Shown here piece by piece: positions 1 to 8,649 of a DNA stretch of 42,056 nt. Position 1 is the first letter of the stretch. Every line of letters starts with the position of its first letter. Location of the stretch: positions 1 to 42,056 of the forward strand of contig DATLYG010000045.1 in assembly GCA_035574985.1 (NCBI GenBank), read 5' to 3'. This stretch comes from Thermoanaerobaculia bacterium. GTDB taxonomy: Bacteria > Acidobacteriota > Thermoanaerobaculia > Gp7-AA8. The notes under the pieces were generated by a model. The model worked only from the letters and a program-made list of their open reading frames with translations, was not told the DNA's origin and made no database searches. The position numbers and the translations under genes are program-made.

Positions 1-390
<390 letters not shown>

Positions 391-416
391 CGACTGTCAT
401 TCTACGCTCGCCCGTC

Positions 417-447
417 AAACAGAAAGGCCGCCCCGCTGCGGGCGGCC
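417..447 (-). terminator. intrinsic terminator after rpmA
   Basis: On the minus strand, GGCCGCCC-GCAGCG-GGGCGGCC (8-bp GC stem) is followed by TTTCTGTTTG, about 23 nt after the rpmA TAA. Confidence 0.6.
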
Positions 448-470
448 CTGGAGATCGCGGAAGATGCCGG

Positions 471-734
471 TTACTCGGCCGCGGCAGGGGTGACGCTGAC
501 GAAGCGGCCGCGGGCGCCCTTGTCGTGAAACTGCACGATGCCGTCGATCTTGGCGAAGAGCGTGTGATCGCGCCCCATTCCGACGTTGTTGCCGGGGTAG
601 AACTTCGTTCCGCGCTGGCGGACGATGATCGATCCGCCGGTCACGAACTGACCAGCGAACCGCTTGACGCCGAGCATCTTCGGCTGCGAGTCGCGGCCGT
701 TGCGCGACGATCCCTGACCTTTTTTGTGTGCCAT
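471..734 (-). CDS. rpmA: 50S ribosomal protein L27
   Basis: [48 protein letters not shown]..., a canonical L27 N-terminus. GAGGG lies about 10 nt upstream of the ATG at 734. The ORF-track entry 471..1139 is an N-terminal over-extension. Confidence 0.95.
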   Translation of the reverse strand: MAHKKGQGSSRNGRDSQPKMLGVKRFAGQFVTGGSIIVRQRGTKFYPGNNVGMGRDHTLFAKIDGIVQFHDKGARGRFVSVTPAAAE

Positions 735-754
735 TGGTCCTGCCCTCTGCCCGA

Positions 755-1072
755 TTAGATGTTGATGCTGTCGATCCGGAGCTCGACCATTTCCTGACGG
801 TGGCCGCGCGTCTTCTTCGTGTGATTCTTGCGCCGCTTCTTCCTGAAGACAGTGACCTTCTCGCCACGGCTCTCCCGGAGGACGGTCGCCACGACCGATG
901 CGCCCGCCACGGTGGGACTCCCGATCTTCGGCGCGTCTCCGCCGATCATCAGCACGTCGCTGAAGGTGATCTTCTCTTTCTCGGCCTGGCCGAGGACGTC
1001 GCGCTCGACGCGGAGCACGTCTCCACTGGCGACCCGATACTGTTTCCCACCGGAACGAATGATGGCGTACAC
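755..1072 (-). CDS. rplU: 50S ribosomal protein L21
   Basis: (V)[22 protein letters not shown]... GTG start at 1072 with GGAGG 6 nt upstream. About 105 aa, typical for L21. Confidence 0.95.
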   Translation of the reverse strand: MYAIIRSGGKQYRVASGDVLRVERDVLGQAEKEKITFSDVLMIGGDAPKIGSPTVAGASVVATVLRESRGEKVTVFRKKRRKNHTKKTRGHRQEMVELRIDSINI

Positions 1073-1099
1073 GAACGACCTCCAGAAAATGAGCGCTGC

Positions 1100-1129
1100 G
1101 TTGTAGCACACCGCCGGCAGGCGGGTCAA
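1100..1129 (-). promoter_or_regulatory. candidate sigma-70 promoter for rplU-rpmA
   Basis: On the minus strand: TTGACC (1129..1124), an 18-nt spacer, then TACAAC (1105..1100) preceded by TGc (extended -10). About 27 nt upstream of the rplU GTG. Confidence 0.3.
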
Positions 1130-1219
1130 CGTGCGGCAACGTCTAAACGGCGCACGCGGAGGAGGTTATTCCACGGAGGACGAGTCCCGCGGAGCGCGTC
1201 GGGAGGCCCGTCTCGTCCC

Positions 1220-1672
1220 TCACTGGCCTCGTCCCACGAAGTTGCTGCGGACCACGCCGCGGTCGCTCGCAAAGCGGGCCTGGCCGCGGATCAGAACCGG
1301 GGCGTTGACGTCGCCTCGAATGTCCTGCTGGAGCGGCTGGACCCAGGCCCGGAACTCGATCGACTGCCGGGCACCCGGCGCGATTTCGACGTCGAACGCA
1401 TGGCGCACGCGCTTCATCGCGTAGGCTCCCGACTGTCCAACCGATTCCACTTCGACCGACACGAGTCGCACGACGCGATGGAGCGGGTTGGTGATCGTCA
1501 GTTCGAAATGCATCGGGATTCCGGACGCCGAGGTGACGTTGAAATCGGGGACGGCTGAAAGCTGCCGCAGCGTGACCTCGGGGCGGGCGGTTTCGCCGGG
1601 CGATGAGGAAGAGGCGCAGCCAGCGGCCACGAGCGCGGCCAGAGCGAGAGCAGCGGCTTTGATCGAGTGCAT
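1220..1672 (-). CDS. putative lipoprotein, unknown function
   Basis: MHSIKAAALALAALVAAGCASS: signal peptide with lipobox (VAAGC). The remainder looks beta-rich. No SD is seen. Confidence 0.7.
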   Translation of the reverse strand: MHSIKAAALALAALVAAGCASSSSPGETARPEVTLRQLSAVPDFNVTSASGIPMHFELTITNPLHRVVRLVSVEVESVGQSGAYAMKRVRHAFDVEIAPGARQSIEFRAWVQPLQQDIRGDVNAPVLIRGQARFASDRGVVRSNFVGRGQ

Positions 1673-1679
1673 GCTTCAC

Positions 1680-1709
1680 AAAAAAGGGCGGGACCACGTC
1701 CCGCCCTTT
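1680..1709 (-). terminator. intrinsic terminator after the TonB-dependent receptor gene
   Basis: On the minus strand, GGGCGGGAC-GTG-GTCCCGCCC (9-bp stem) is followed by TTTTTT. On the plus strand it is flanked by AAAAAA and TTT, so it could act bidirectionally. Confidence 0.65.
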
Positions 1710-1731
1710 CCCCGAAAAAATGATACCGCAA

Positions 1732-4700
1732 CTAGAACGTGAACTTGGCCATGACGCGGACCTGCCGCGGTGCCTGGAATTCACTGTCCTGGTTGTAGAG
1801 CGGGTTCTTCACCGCCGCGAAGTTGGGGATCTTCGCGATCGGATCGAAGCCCTGGAAGAACTGCTGATGGCTGACGCCGGTCACGTTGGTCGATGAGAGC
1901 GAGCCGACCCGGTTGATGGCCGTGTCCTCATCGAAGACGTTCAGGACGGTCAGGCCGAGCTGAACCCCATACCGGCCTCCGAAGCGGAAGTCGTGCAGGA
2001 ACTGCAGGTCCGTCTGCTTGAGCGTCGGAGTCCGGCCGAGGTCACCGCGGCCGTACGGGTAGAACGGAACGCCTTCATAGAGCACTTCGGTGGTGATCGG
2101 CGTACCGCTGCCGATGTACTGGTTGAGGCCGACGCCGGTTCCCCACGGGAAGGCATACGTCAGCTGCGCCTTGAAGACGTGCGGGCGGTCGGTCGCAAGG
2201 CGGCCATAGACCGGCTTGCCCTTGGCGTCGAAGCTGCTGAAGAGGTTGTCGAAGTAGCGGTTGACGTTGGGCGACATGCGGCCGTTCTCGTCGGAGCTGG
2301 TCAGACCGCTGTAGTTCCCCTCCAGACGGCTGTAGACGTAACTGGCGTGCACGCCCCAGCGATTGCTGAACCGCTTGGTTCCTTCGATTTCGATCGCCTG
2401 GTAGTCGCGCTTGGCCTTCGGCTGCGCGGGGAGATCGCGTCCGAGGGTGTACTTGGCAACGCCGAATCCGGGGTTGGCGATGAAGTATTCCTCGGCAGAG
2501 GAGCCATCGGGATTGATGACCAGCACGCCGACGTCCTCGATCGTACGGACGAGGTGCTTGTTCACGTACCGGACGCCGAGCGCGATGTTGTTCGCGAGCT
2601 CATGCTGGACACCGAGCGTGAACTCGTTCGACTCCATCGGCTTGAGGTCGGGCTCGATGAGTTCGAGCGACGGGTGACGGAGATCGACGCTGGTTCCTGC
2701 ATAGCGGAGACCGCCGGTGCAGGTCGGAATCACGCTCTGATTGCTCGTGACGTTGCTGCACTGCCACTTGGTCCAGTCGGGATCCTCGACGGCGAAGTTG
2801 AACCAGATCCACTTGTCGCCGCCGAACGAGCCACGCGGCATTTCGAGCTTGGTGATGTCGTAGTACTTGCCCCAGCTTCCGTAGACCTTCGAGCGGCCGT
2901 TGCCGAACACGTCATAGGAGAAGCCGAGACGCGGCGCAACCTTGTCGCCGTAGTCGAAGTTGATGGCGTACTTCGGCAGGCCGAGGGAAGGATCGGCGTA
3001 GTTCGGGACCTTCTCCTGCTCGGTGCGCACACCGAAGTTCAGGGTCAGGCGATCCTTGAACGTCGTCCACGAATCCTGCAGGAAGAACCCGGTGTTCTTG
3101 CTGTCGACGTTTCCGATCGTGCCGAACACGTAGACACCCGCCATACCGTACTTGCCGCGGTTGGCGGCGGTACCGAACGGTCCAGCCGAGTTCCAGTACG
3201 TCCGGACGATGTAGTTCTGCGTCGCGTCGAGAACTTCGTTCTTCAGATTGGCGATCTGGACACCGCCCTTGATCCGGTGGGAACCGATCAGGGTCGGGTA
3301 CCACGATGCGTCGAAGGCGAAATTGTCACGCGTATAGGCGTCCTTCTGGACTGCCCGGTTCGTCGCCACGGAGCGGAATCCCGCGGGACGGACGGCGGCA
3401 GCGGGGGTGTCCGGGAACTGGCTGTTCGACCCCGACGCGAACCAGATCATCGGATCGGTGGGGATTCCCTTCTGCGAGACATTGTCGTAGTACCGGCCGC
3501 CGCGGGCGGAGAGGTACCACTGCGGATTGGCCACGAAGTCGGCGTAGCCGGAGTAGCTCCAGTTCTCGCGCTCCGTGTTCTGTCCGCGATAGACGGCAGG
3601 GTCCGAGCTCCCGGCCCGGCCGGTGATGTCGGGAAGTGCGTTCGACTGCGTATAGCCGCTGTTGTTTCCCGAAACCTTGAAGAGCATGCGCGAACCGAAG
3701 TTGCCGGAAATCGAGCCGGCCCACGTGTCGCGCTCGAACTTCTGCGGGAACGTGTTCGTCACGCCATTGGTGAAGGTGACGGTGCGATCGGTGTCGCGCG
3801 TGTACGGGGCGTACGCTCCGAAGAACCACAGCCGGTCGCGAAGAATCGGGCCGCCGAGCGAAACCTGCGGCGTCGTGATGCTGTCGTCATCCTTCCGGTA
3901 CGTCTTGTACTCCGGCTTGGTGGCGTCAGCCGCGCTCACCTGCAGCGTCGGCCGGGGATCGCCACCCCAGGACGAGTCCTCGAACTCGATGCCTGCCGTG
4001 CCGCGGAAATCATTCGTGCCCGACTTGGTGATGACGTTGATCGTTCCGCCGACCGCGCCGCCGAACTCGGCCTCGTAGCCGGCCGACTTGACCTGCACTT
4101 CGTCGACGAAATCGGTGAAGACGACCTTCGTCTGGCCGCCCGTCCTCGGATGCGTGGTGTCGACACCGTCGATGATGAAGCGGTTCTCAGATCCGGAAGC
4201 TCCGTCGACCTGGATGCCACCGACTCCCTGACCTCCACCTTCGATCGCGCTGTTTCCCTGCTTCGATTCGAAGTTGGCCGACGGGAGCAGCGTCACGACG
4301 GACGAGAAATCGCGACCTTTCGGAAGCTTCTCGAACGTCTCCGACCGGATCGACGTCGCCGTCGCGCTCGAGGTGACGTCCACCAGAGGTGCTTCGGCCG
4401 TGACGGTCAGGGTCTCCGCGACCCTCGGAAGCCGCATGGTCAGATTGATCTTCGGCGACTGTCCGAGCCGGAGTTCCAGATCCTTGACCGTGGCGGTTTC
4501 CATCCCCTGGAGCGTTGCCGTCAGGGTGTAGAGACCCGGCGGCAGCGAGGGGAAGCGGTACGCGCCACTGCTGTCCGTCGTCGTGGCAAACCGCTGGCCC
4601 TTCGCGTTGACCGCCTCCACGGACACGCCCGGAAGAACTGCGCCGGACGAGTCGGTGATGACGCCCATGATGGCCGCCGTCTGCTCCTGGGCCCAGGCCC

Positions 4701-4755
4701 CGGTCACGACGAAACACATGAGCAGGATGAATATGGGTAACTTAAAGATCCGCAT
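1732..4755 (-). CDS. TonB-dependent receptor-like outer-membrane protein with N-terminal carboxypeptidase-regulatory-like domain
   Basis: Signal peptide (…VVTGAWAQ). GVITDSSGAVLPGVSVEAVN…SGAYRFPSLPPGLYTLTA is a CarboxypepD_reg-type fold. About 1000 aa, Gly/Tyr/Asn-rich beta-barrel body, C-terminal …AKFTF (terminal Phe). AAGGAG SD. Confidence 0.85.
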   Translation of the reverse strand: MRIFKLPIFILLMCFVVTGAWAQEQTAAIMGVITDSSGAVLPGVSVEAVNAKGQRFATTTDSSGAYRFPSLPPGLYTLTATLQGMETATVKDLELRLGQSPKINLTMRLPRVAETLTVTAEAPLVDVTSSATATSIRSETFEKLPKGRDFSSVVTLLPSANFESKQGNSAIEGGGQGVGGIQVDGASGSENRFIIDGVDTTHPRTGGQTKVVFTDFVDEVQVKSAGYEAEFGGAVGGTINVITKSGTNDFRGTAGIEFEDSSWGGDPRPTLQVSAADATKPEYKTYRKDDDSITTPQVSLGGPILRDRLWFFGAYAPYTRDTDRTVTFTNGVTNTFPQKFERDTWAGSISGNFGSRMLFKVSGNNSGYTQSNALPDITGRAGSSDPAVYRGQNTERENWSYSGYADFVANPQWYLSARGGRYYDNVSQKGIPTDPMIWFASGSNSQFPDTPAAAVRPAGFRSVATNRAVQKDAYTRDNFAFDASWYPTLIGSHRIKGGVQIANLKNEVLDATQNYIVRTYWNSAGPFGTAANRGKYGMAGVYVFGTIGNVDSKNTGFFLQDSWTTFKDRLTLNFGVRTEQEKVPNYADPSLGLPKYAINFDYGDKVAPRLGFSYDVFGNGRSKVYGSWGKYYDITKLEMPRGSFGGDKWIWFNFAVEDPDWTKWQCSNVTSNQSVIPTCTGGLRYAGTSVDLRHPSLELIEPDLKPMESNEFTLGVQHELANNIALGVRYVNKHLVRTIEDVGVLVINPDGSSAEEYFIANPGFGVAKYTLGRDLPAQPKAKRDYQAIEIEGTKRFSNRWGVHASYVYSRLEGNYSGLTSSDENGRMSPNVNRYFDNLFSSFDAKGKPVYGRLATDRPHVFKAQLTYAFPWGTGVGLNQYIGSGTPITTEVLYEGVPFYPYGRGDLGRTPTLKQTDLQFLHDFRFGGRYGVQLGLTVLNVFDEDTAINRVGSLSSTNVTGVSHQQFFQGFDPIAKIPNFAAVKNPLYNQDSEFQAPRQVRVMAKFTF

Positions 4756-5062
4756 TGATTCTCCTTTACTGGCTTAGTGACGTGGGAAAAATAACCACTT
4801 TGGGAAACTGACGCGCTTCTCCTCCTTCGTAGTTCAACGACCGCCGGCCTCGAGTAGCAAAGGAACTGCCGGAGTGCTAATGGCCAAACTCTTTCACTGT
4901 CAAATAGTTAGAGCCTGAAGCGGCCTGGGCCGATTCGGATTTCCGGATCATTCTGCACGAAAAAGTGAACGCCCGGCGACGAAACGTCAAACAGCACCCC
5001 CCCGACCCGTGATCGGGACCCCACGGAGGCCCGTCCGCCCTCCCCCGCCCGGCAGAGAATTC

Positions 5063-6592
5063 CTAGAGCGGTATGTTCCCATGCTTTTTCGGCGGGTTCC
5101 TGTCGCGCTTGTTGCGTAACATGGAAAACGCTGCGACCAGTTTGCGTCTGGTGAAACGCGGCTCGATGATCTCGTCGATGTAGCCCCGCTCGGCCGCGAT
5201 GTAGGGATTGGCGAACTTCTCCTTGTACTCGGCGATCTTCTGCTCGCGATCGTCCGCGGCGCCGCGATAAAGAATGTTGACCGCCCCCTCCGCTCCCATC
5301 ACCGCGATCTCCGCCGTCGGCCAGGCGTAGTTCATGTCGGCGCGGATGTGCTTCGAGTTCATCACGCAGTACGCTCCCCCGTAGGCCTTCCGCGTGATCA
5401 CCGTGACCTTCGGGACCGTCGCCTCGGCGAGCGCGTAGAGAAGCTTGGCGCCGTGAACGATGATGCCGCCGTGCTCCTGGTCGGTCCCCGGAAGAAACCC
5501 CGGCACGTCCTCGAGCACGAGCAGGGGAATGTTGAATGCGTCGCAGAAGCGGACGAATCGCGCTCCCTTCCGCGAGGCGTTGATGTCGAGCACTCCGGCG
5601 AGGAAGGCCGGCTGGTTGGCGACGACGCCGACCGGATGGCCGTCGAGCCGCAGGAAACCGACGACCAGGTTGCGCGCGAAGTCCTGGTGCACTTCGAAGA
5701 AATGCCCGTCGTCGGCGATGGTGCGGATGACGTCGCGCATCTCGTACGGCTGGTTCGGACTCTCCGGAACGAGTGCGTCGAGGCCGGGGTCGACGCGATT
5801 GATGTCGTCGGCCGTGGTCGCGCGCGGCGGATCCTCGAGGTTGTTCGACGGGATGAACGACAGCAGCTCGCGGATGAGCGCCAGGCAGTCCTCGTCCGAG
5901 TCTGCGGCGAAGTGCGCGACGCCGGAGATCTGGTTGTGCGTGTCGGCGCCGCCCAGCTTCTCCTTCGTCACTTCCTCGTGCGTGACGGTCCTGATGACGT
6001 CGGGCCCGGTGACGAACATGTAGCTCGTCTTCTTCACCATCAGAATGAAGTCGGTGATGGCGGGCGAGTAGACGGCGCCGCCGGCGCAGGGGCCCATGAT
6101 CGCGGAGATCTGCGGGATGACGCCCGAGGCGAGCGTGTTGCGGAGGAAGATGTCGGCGTAGCCGCCGAGGGAGACGACGCCCTCCTGGATGCGCGCGCCG
6201 CCGGAGTCGTTGAGGCCGACCACCGGCGCACCATTCTTCATCGCCAGGTCCATGATCTTGACGATCTTCGCCGCGTGCGTCTCGCTGAGCGATCCGCCGA
6301 AGACGGTGAAGTCCTGCGCGAACGCGTAGACGAGTCTCCCCTGCACGGTGCCGTAGCCGGTGACGACCCCGTCTCCGGGGATGCGCTGCTTCTCCATCCC
6401 GAAGTCGGTGCTGCGGTGGACGACGAGCTGGTCGAGTTCCTGAAACGATCCGGAATCGAACAGCAGCGCGATCCGTTCGCGCGCGGTGAGCTTCCCCTCG
6501 GCGTGCTGGCGCTGGATGCGCGCCTCGCCGCCGCCCATTTCGCTCTCGCGTTTGCGGCGCTCGAGCTCTTCGAGTCGTTGATCGAGAGTCAT
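5063..6592 (-). CDS. acyl-CoA carboxylase carboxyltransferase subunit (propionyl-CoA carboxylase beta / methylmalonyl-CoA carboxyltransferase family)
   Basis: Full-length 509 aa. [22 protein letters not shown]…[29 protein letters not shown]…[13 protein letters not shown] are typical carboxyltransferase motifs. Confidence 0.9.
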   Translation of the reverse strand: MTLDQRLEELERRKRESEMGGGEARIQRQHAEGKLTARERIALLFDSGSFQELDQLVVHRSTDFGMEKQRIPGDGVVTGYGTVQGRLVYAFAQDFTVFGGSLSETHAAKIVKIMDLAMKNGAPVVGLNDSGGARIQEGVVSLGGYADIFLRNTLASGVIPQISAIMGPCAGGAVYSPAITDFILMVKKTSYMFVTGPDVIRTVTHEEVTKEKLGGADTHNQISGVAHFAADSDEDCLALIRELLSFIPSNNLEDPPRATTADDINRVDPGLDALVPESPNQPYEMRDVIRTIADDGHFFEVHQDFARNLVVGFLRLDGHPVGVVANQPAFLAGVLDINASRKGARFVRFCDAFNIPLLVLEDVPGFLPGTDQEHGGIIVHGAKLLYALAEATVPKVTVITRKAYGGAYCVMNSKHIRADMNYAWPTAEIAVMGAEGAVNILYRGAADDREQKIAEYKEKFANPYIAAERGYIDEIIEPRFTRRKLVAAFSMLRNKRDRNPPKKHGNIPL

Positions 6593-6627
6593 GGTTCGGA
6601 TGGCCGCCGGCGGACGATGGCGGACCG

Positions 6628-6894
6628 CTAGACCGGAAAGTTCCTTTCCGCGGCCACCCGCCGGATCTCGTCCATCAGCTCCGCCTCGGGCGGCTCGCGG
6701 TCGCCGAACGTTCTGGCGAGGCGCTGCCGCGCCTCCTGCTCGATCGCTTCGACGGCGGCAAAGTTCTCCTCGAGCACCCTGGCCACGACCCGGATCCCGG
6801 TTTCCGCGTCGCGAAACTCCACCAGGCCGCGGTCCTCGAGGCGATTGACGATCGCGCGGGCCAGGAACTCGATCTGCTTGAGCGATGACGTCAT
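6628..6894 (-). CDS. DUF507-like small protein
   Basis: 88 aa. [22 protein letters not shown]…[18 protein letters not shown] resembles the DUF507 pattern from memory. 13 nt downstream of the PmbA-like gene. Confidence 0.5.
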   Translation of the reverse strand: MTSSLKQIEFLARAIVNRLEDRGLVEFRDAETGIRVVARVLEENFAAVEAIEQEARQRLARTFGDREPPEAELMDEIRRVAAERNFPV

Positions 6895-6907
6895 TTCGCG
6901 CGCGATT

Positions 6908-7744
6908 CTACTCTGACACCGTCAACTCCGCGCCGAATGCGCCGCCGGAGTATGGGTACCAGCGGGCCGAAGGCTTCGCCGACTCGATCCGCGTCGCCGT
7001 GACCGTGGCGATGAACGGTCCGCCGGGTCCGGTACAGAGAAGACGCAGCGTCGCCCCCTCCGGATGTGCAGCGAGCGCGACCGCGACGGGGCCGTCGCTC
7101 TGATGCCCTTCGAGGGGGTCGATGCGAAGGTGCAGCGGGAGCCGCACCGGCCTGACCCGATAGCTCGGGCGGTACCAGTTCGGCCACGGTGGCCGGACGA
7201 TCACGCACTCCTCGACGGGAAGCCCCTTGCCGTCGACACCGCGCGCGACCTGTCTGATCACCGCGCCGGGAACGTCCCGTCCCGCCATCAGCGGAAGGAG
7301 CGCCGCGCCGACGCTTCCGGCGAGCCGCATCCGGACGGCCGGCCGCTCGCTCCGCGCGCCGGCGAGCGCCTCGACGATCGCCGGCAGGTCGCGCAGATCG
7401 AAGTCGCCGCGATCGACCACCGCACGCGCCCATGGCGAGGCGATCGCGAGGTGCAGCCGCCGCGTTTCCTCTTCCCATTGCCGTCCTTCGCACTCGTGTC
7501 TGGCCACGCCCCGGGTCACGATCAGGCGGTCGATCGTCAGCGGTGGAGCGACGAGCGATTCGATCTCCCGCACCACGCGCTCGACCTCGCCGCGTTCGAT
7601 CTCCGGGAGAGCGGCTTCGATCCCGGAGGGACGTGCCTCGAAGAACATCCCCTCCTCGAACGCCTCCCCTGCCTCGCGCGTCCGGACGAACCTCCCCCTC
7701 TCGTACCGGATGGCGCGGCCCCACTTGCGGTAGATCTCCTTCAT
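6908..7744 (-). CDS. PmbA/TldE-like protein (short, divergent)
   Basis: Starts MKEIYRKWG at ATG 7744, overlapping the upstream TGA (ATGA). No HExxxH motif. The C-terminal …WYPYSGGAFGAELTVSE resembles the TldD/PmbA C-terminal region. The ORF-track 451-aa version carries an Arg-rich over-extension. Confidence 0.5.
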   Translation of the reverse strand: MKEIYRKWGRAIRYERGRFVRTREAGEAFEEGMFFEARPSGIEAALPEIERGEVERVVREIESLVAPPLTIDRLIVTRGVARHECEGRQWEEETRRLHLAIASPWARAVVDRGDFDLRDLPAIVEALAGARSERPAVRMRLAGSVGAALLPLMAGRDVPGAVIRQVARGVDGKGLPVEECVIVRPPWPNWYRPSYRVRPVRLPLHLRIDPLEGHQSDGPVAVALAAHPEGATLRLLCTGPGGPFIATVTATRIESAKPSARWYPYSGGAFGAELTVSE

Positions 7745-8649
7745 GTCAGAGTGGCGGTCACGACCACCGGAGCGTGCGAGCCGACGATGAGCTGCTGCCC
7801 TTCCGACGAGCAGACGACTCCGGGATAGCGCTCCGGCGCGCCGGCGGCGCCCAGCAAAGATTCCGCGACGCGCGCGCGCACGATCCGGATCGCGAAGGGG
7901 GCGATCCGGCGCACGCGTCCCGCCGCGATCTCTTCGGCGACGGCGACGCGGACCGTGACGATCCCGCGGAACGGATCGAAGCTGCCATCGGTGACGTAGG
8001 CGATCTCGACGCGCTCGTCCGGAAGGGTGAACGGCGCGCCGTCCTGCGAGACGACGAGCGAGGTCATCCGCGGCATCGGAACGTCGCGAAACGACTCGCG
8101 CCGGACCGCCCGCGGGAGTTCGCCGGCAAGAAGGTCCGCCCTCCCTTCCTCGGCGACATCCTCCACCCGCAGCCAGGAGGGCCAGACGAGCGGCGTGCAG
8201 CGATGCTCCGCCGGATGCCCCGCCGCCTCGTGAAAGAGAATCGCCGCGGAGCCGTTGCGCCACACCATCGGCAGCTTCGGCGGCGCGGAGAGTTCGACCG
8301 GGCGCGCCAGCGCCGCGCGCAGGCGCTGCAGGTCTCCGCCGGCGTTCTCGCGCGTGGTGACGATCGAGACGCCGGCGGCATCGGTGATGGTGATCGTCGA
8401 CGAAACACGCTCACGCCCCTCCTCGCGCTCGGCGCGGGCGACGATCCGGACGCGCGCCCCGGGCGCGAGGGCCGCGGCCTCGCGCGCGCCCTCGATCTCC
8501 CGTTCGCAGATCGACGCCAGCAACGGATCGATCTCGTCACGCGCATCGATCTCGTCGCCGTCGGCGCGTGCTCCGCCGCATTCGAAGCGCGACTCGAGAC
8601 ACATGCCGCCGGCCCACAGCTCGTCGCGCATGGCGAGGGCGTACCGCAT
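7741..8649 (-). CDS. TldD-like zinc metalloprotease (short form)
   Basis: FHEAAGHPAEH (HExxxH). RRESFRDVPMPRMTSLVV resembles TldD RRxSY..PMPRMTN. GVVCSSEGQQLIVGSHAP resembles GxCGKxGQxVPV, with the Cys ligand retained. Starts MRYALAM at ATG 8649, overlapping the kinase TGA (TGATG). 302 aa. Confidence 0.65.
   Translation of the reverse strand: MRYALAMRDELWAGGMCLESRFECGGARADGDEIDARDEIDPLLASICEREIEGAREAAALAPGARVRIVARAEREEGRERVSSTITITDAAGVSIVTTRENAGGDLQRLRAALARPVELSAPPKLPMVWRNGSAAILFHEAAGHPAEHRCTPLVWPSWLRVEDVAEEGRADLLAGELPRAVRRESFRDVPMPRMTSLVVSQDGAPFTLPDERVEIAYVTDGSFDPFRGIVTVRVAVAEEIAAGRVRRIAPFAIRIVRARVAESLLGAAGAPERYPGVVCSSEGQQLIVGSHAPVVVTATLT

Noticed and set aside
1993-4740. A 915-aa plus-strand ORF opposite the TonB-dependent receptor gene
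   Set aside because: This is a typical high-GC shadow ORF. It is Arg/Ala/Gly/Val-rich and low-complexity, with no recognisable motif. It lies entirely antisense to a gene with strong family features.
4898-4903. A perfect TTGACA (minus strand) in the AT-richer 300-bp region upstream of the TonB-receptor gene, considered as a -35 box
   Set aside because: No acceptable -10 lies at 16-19 nt; the best candidate is TTAGCA. I also looked for a cobalamin-riboswitch B12 box in this leader and saw none. It was left unannotated.
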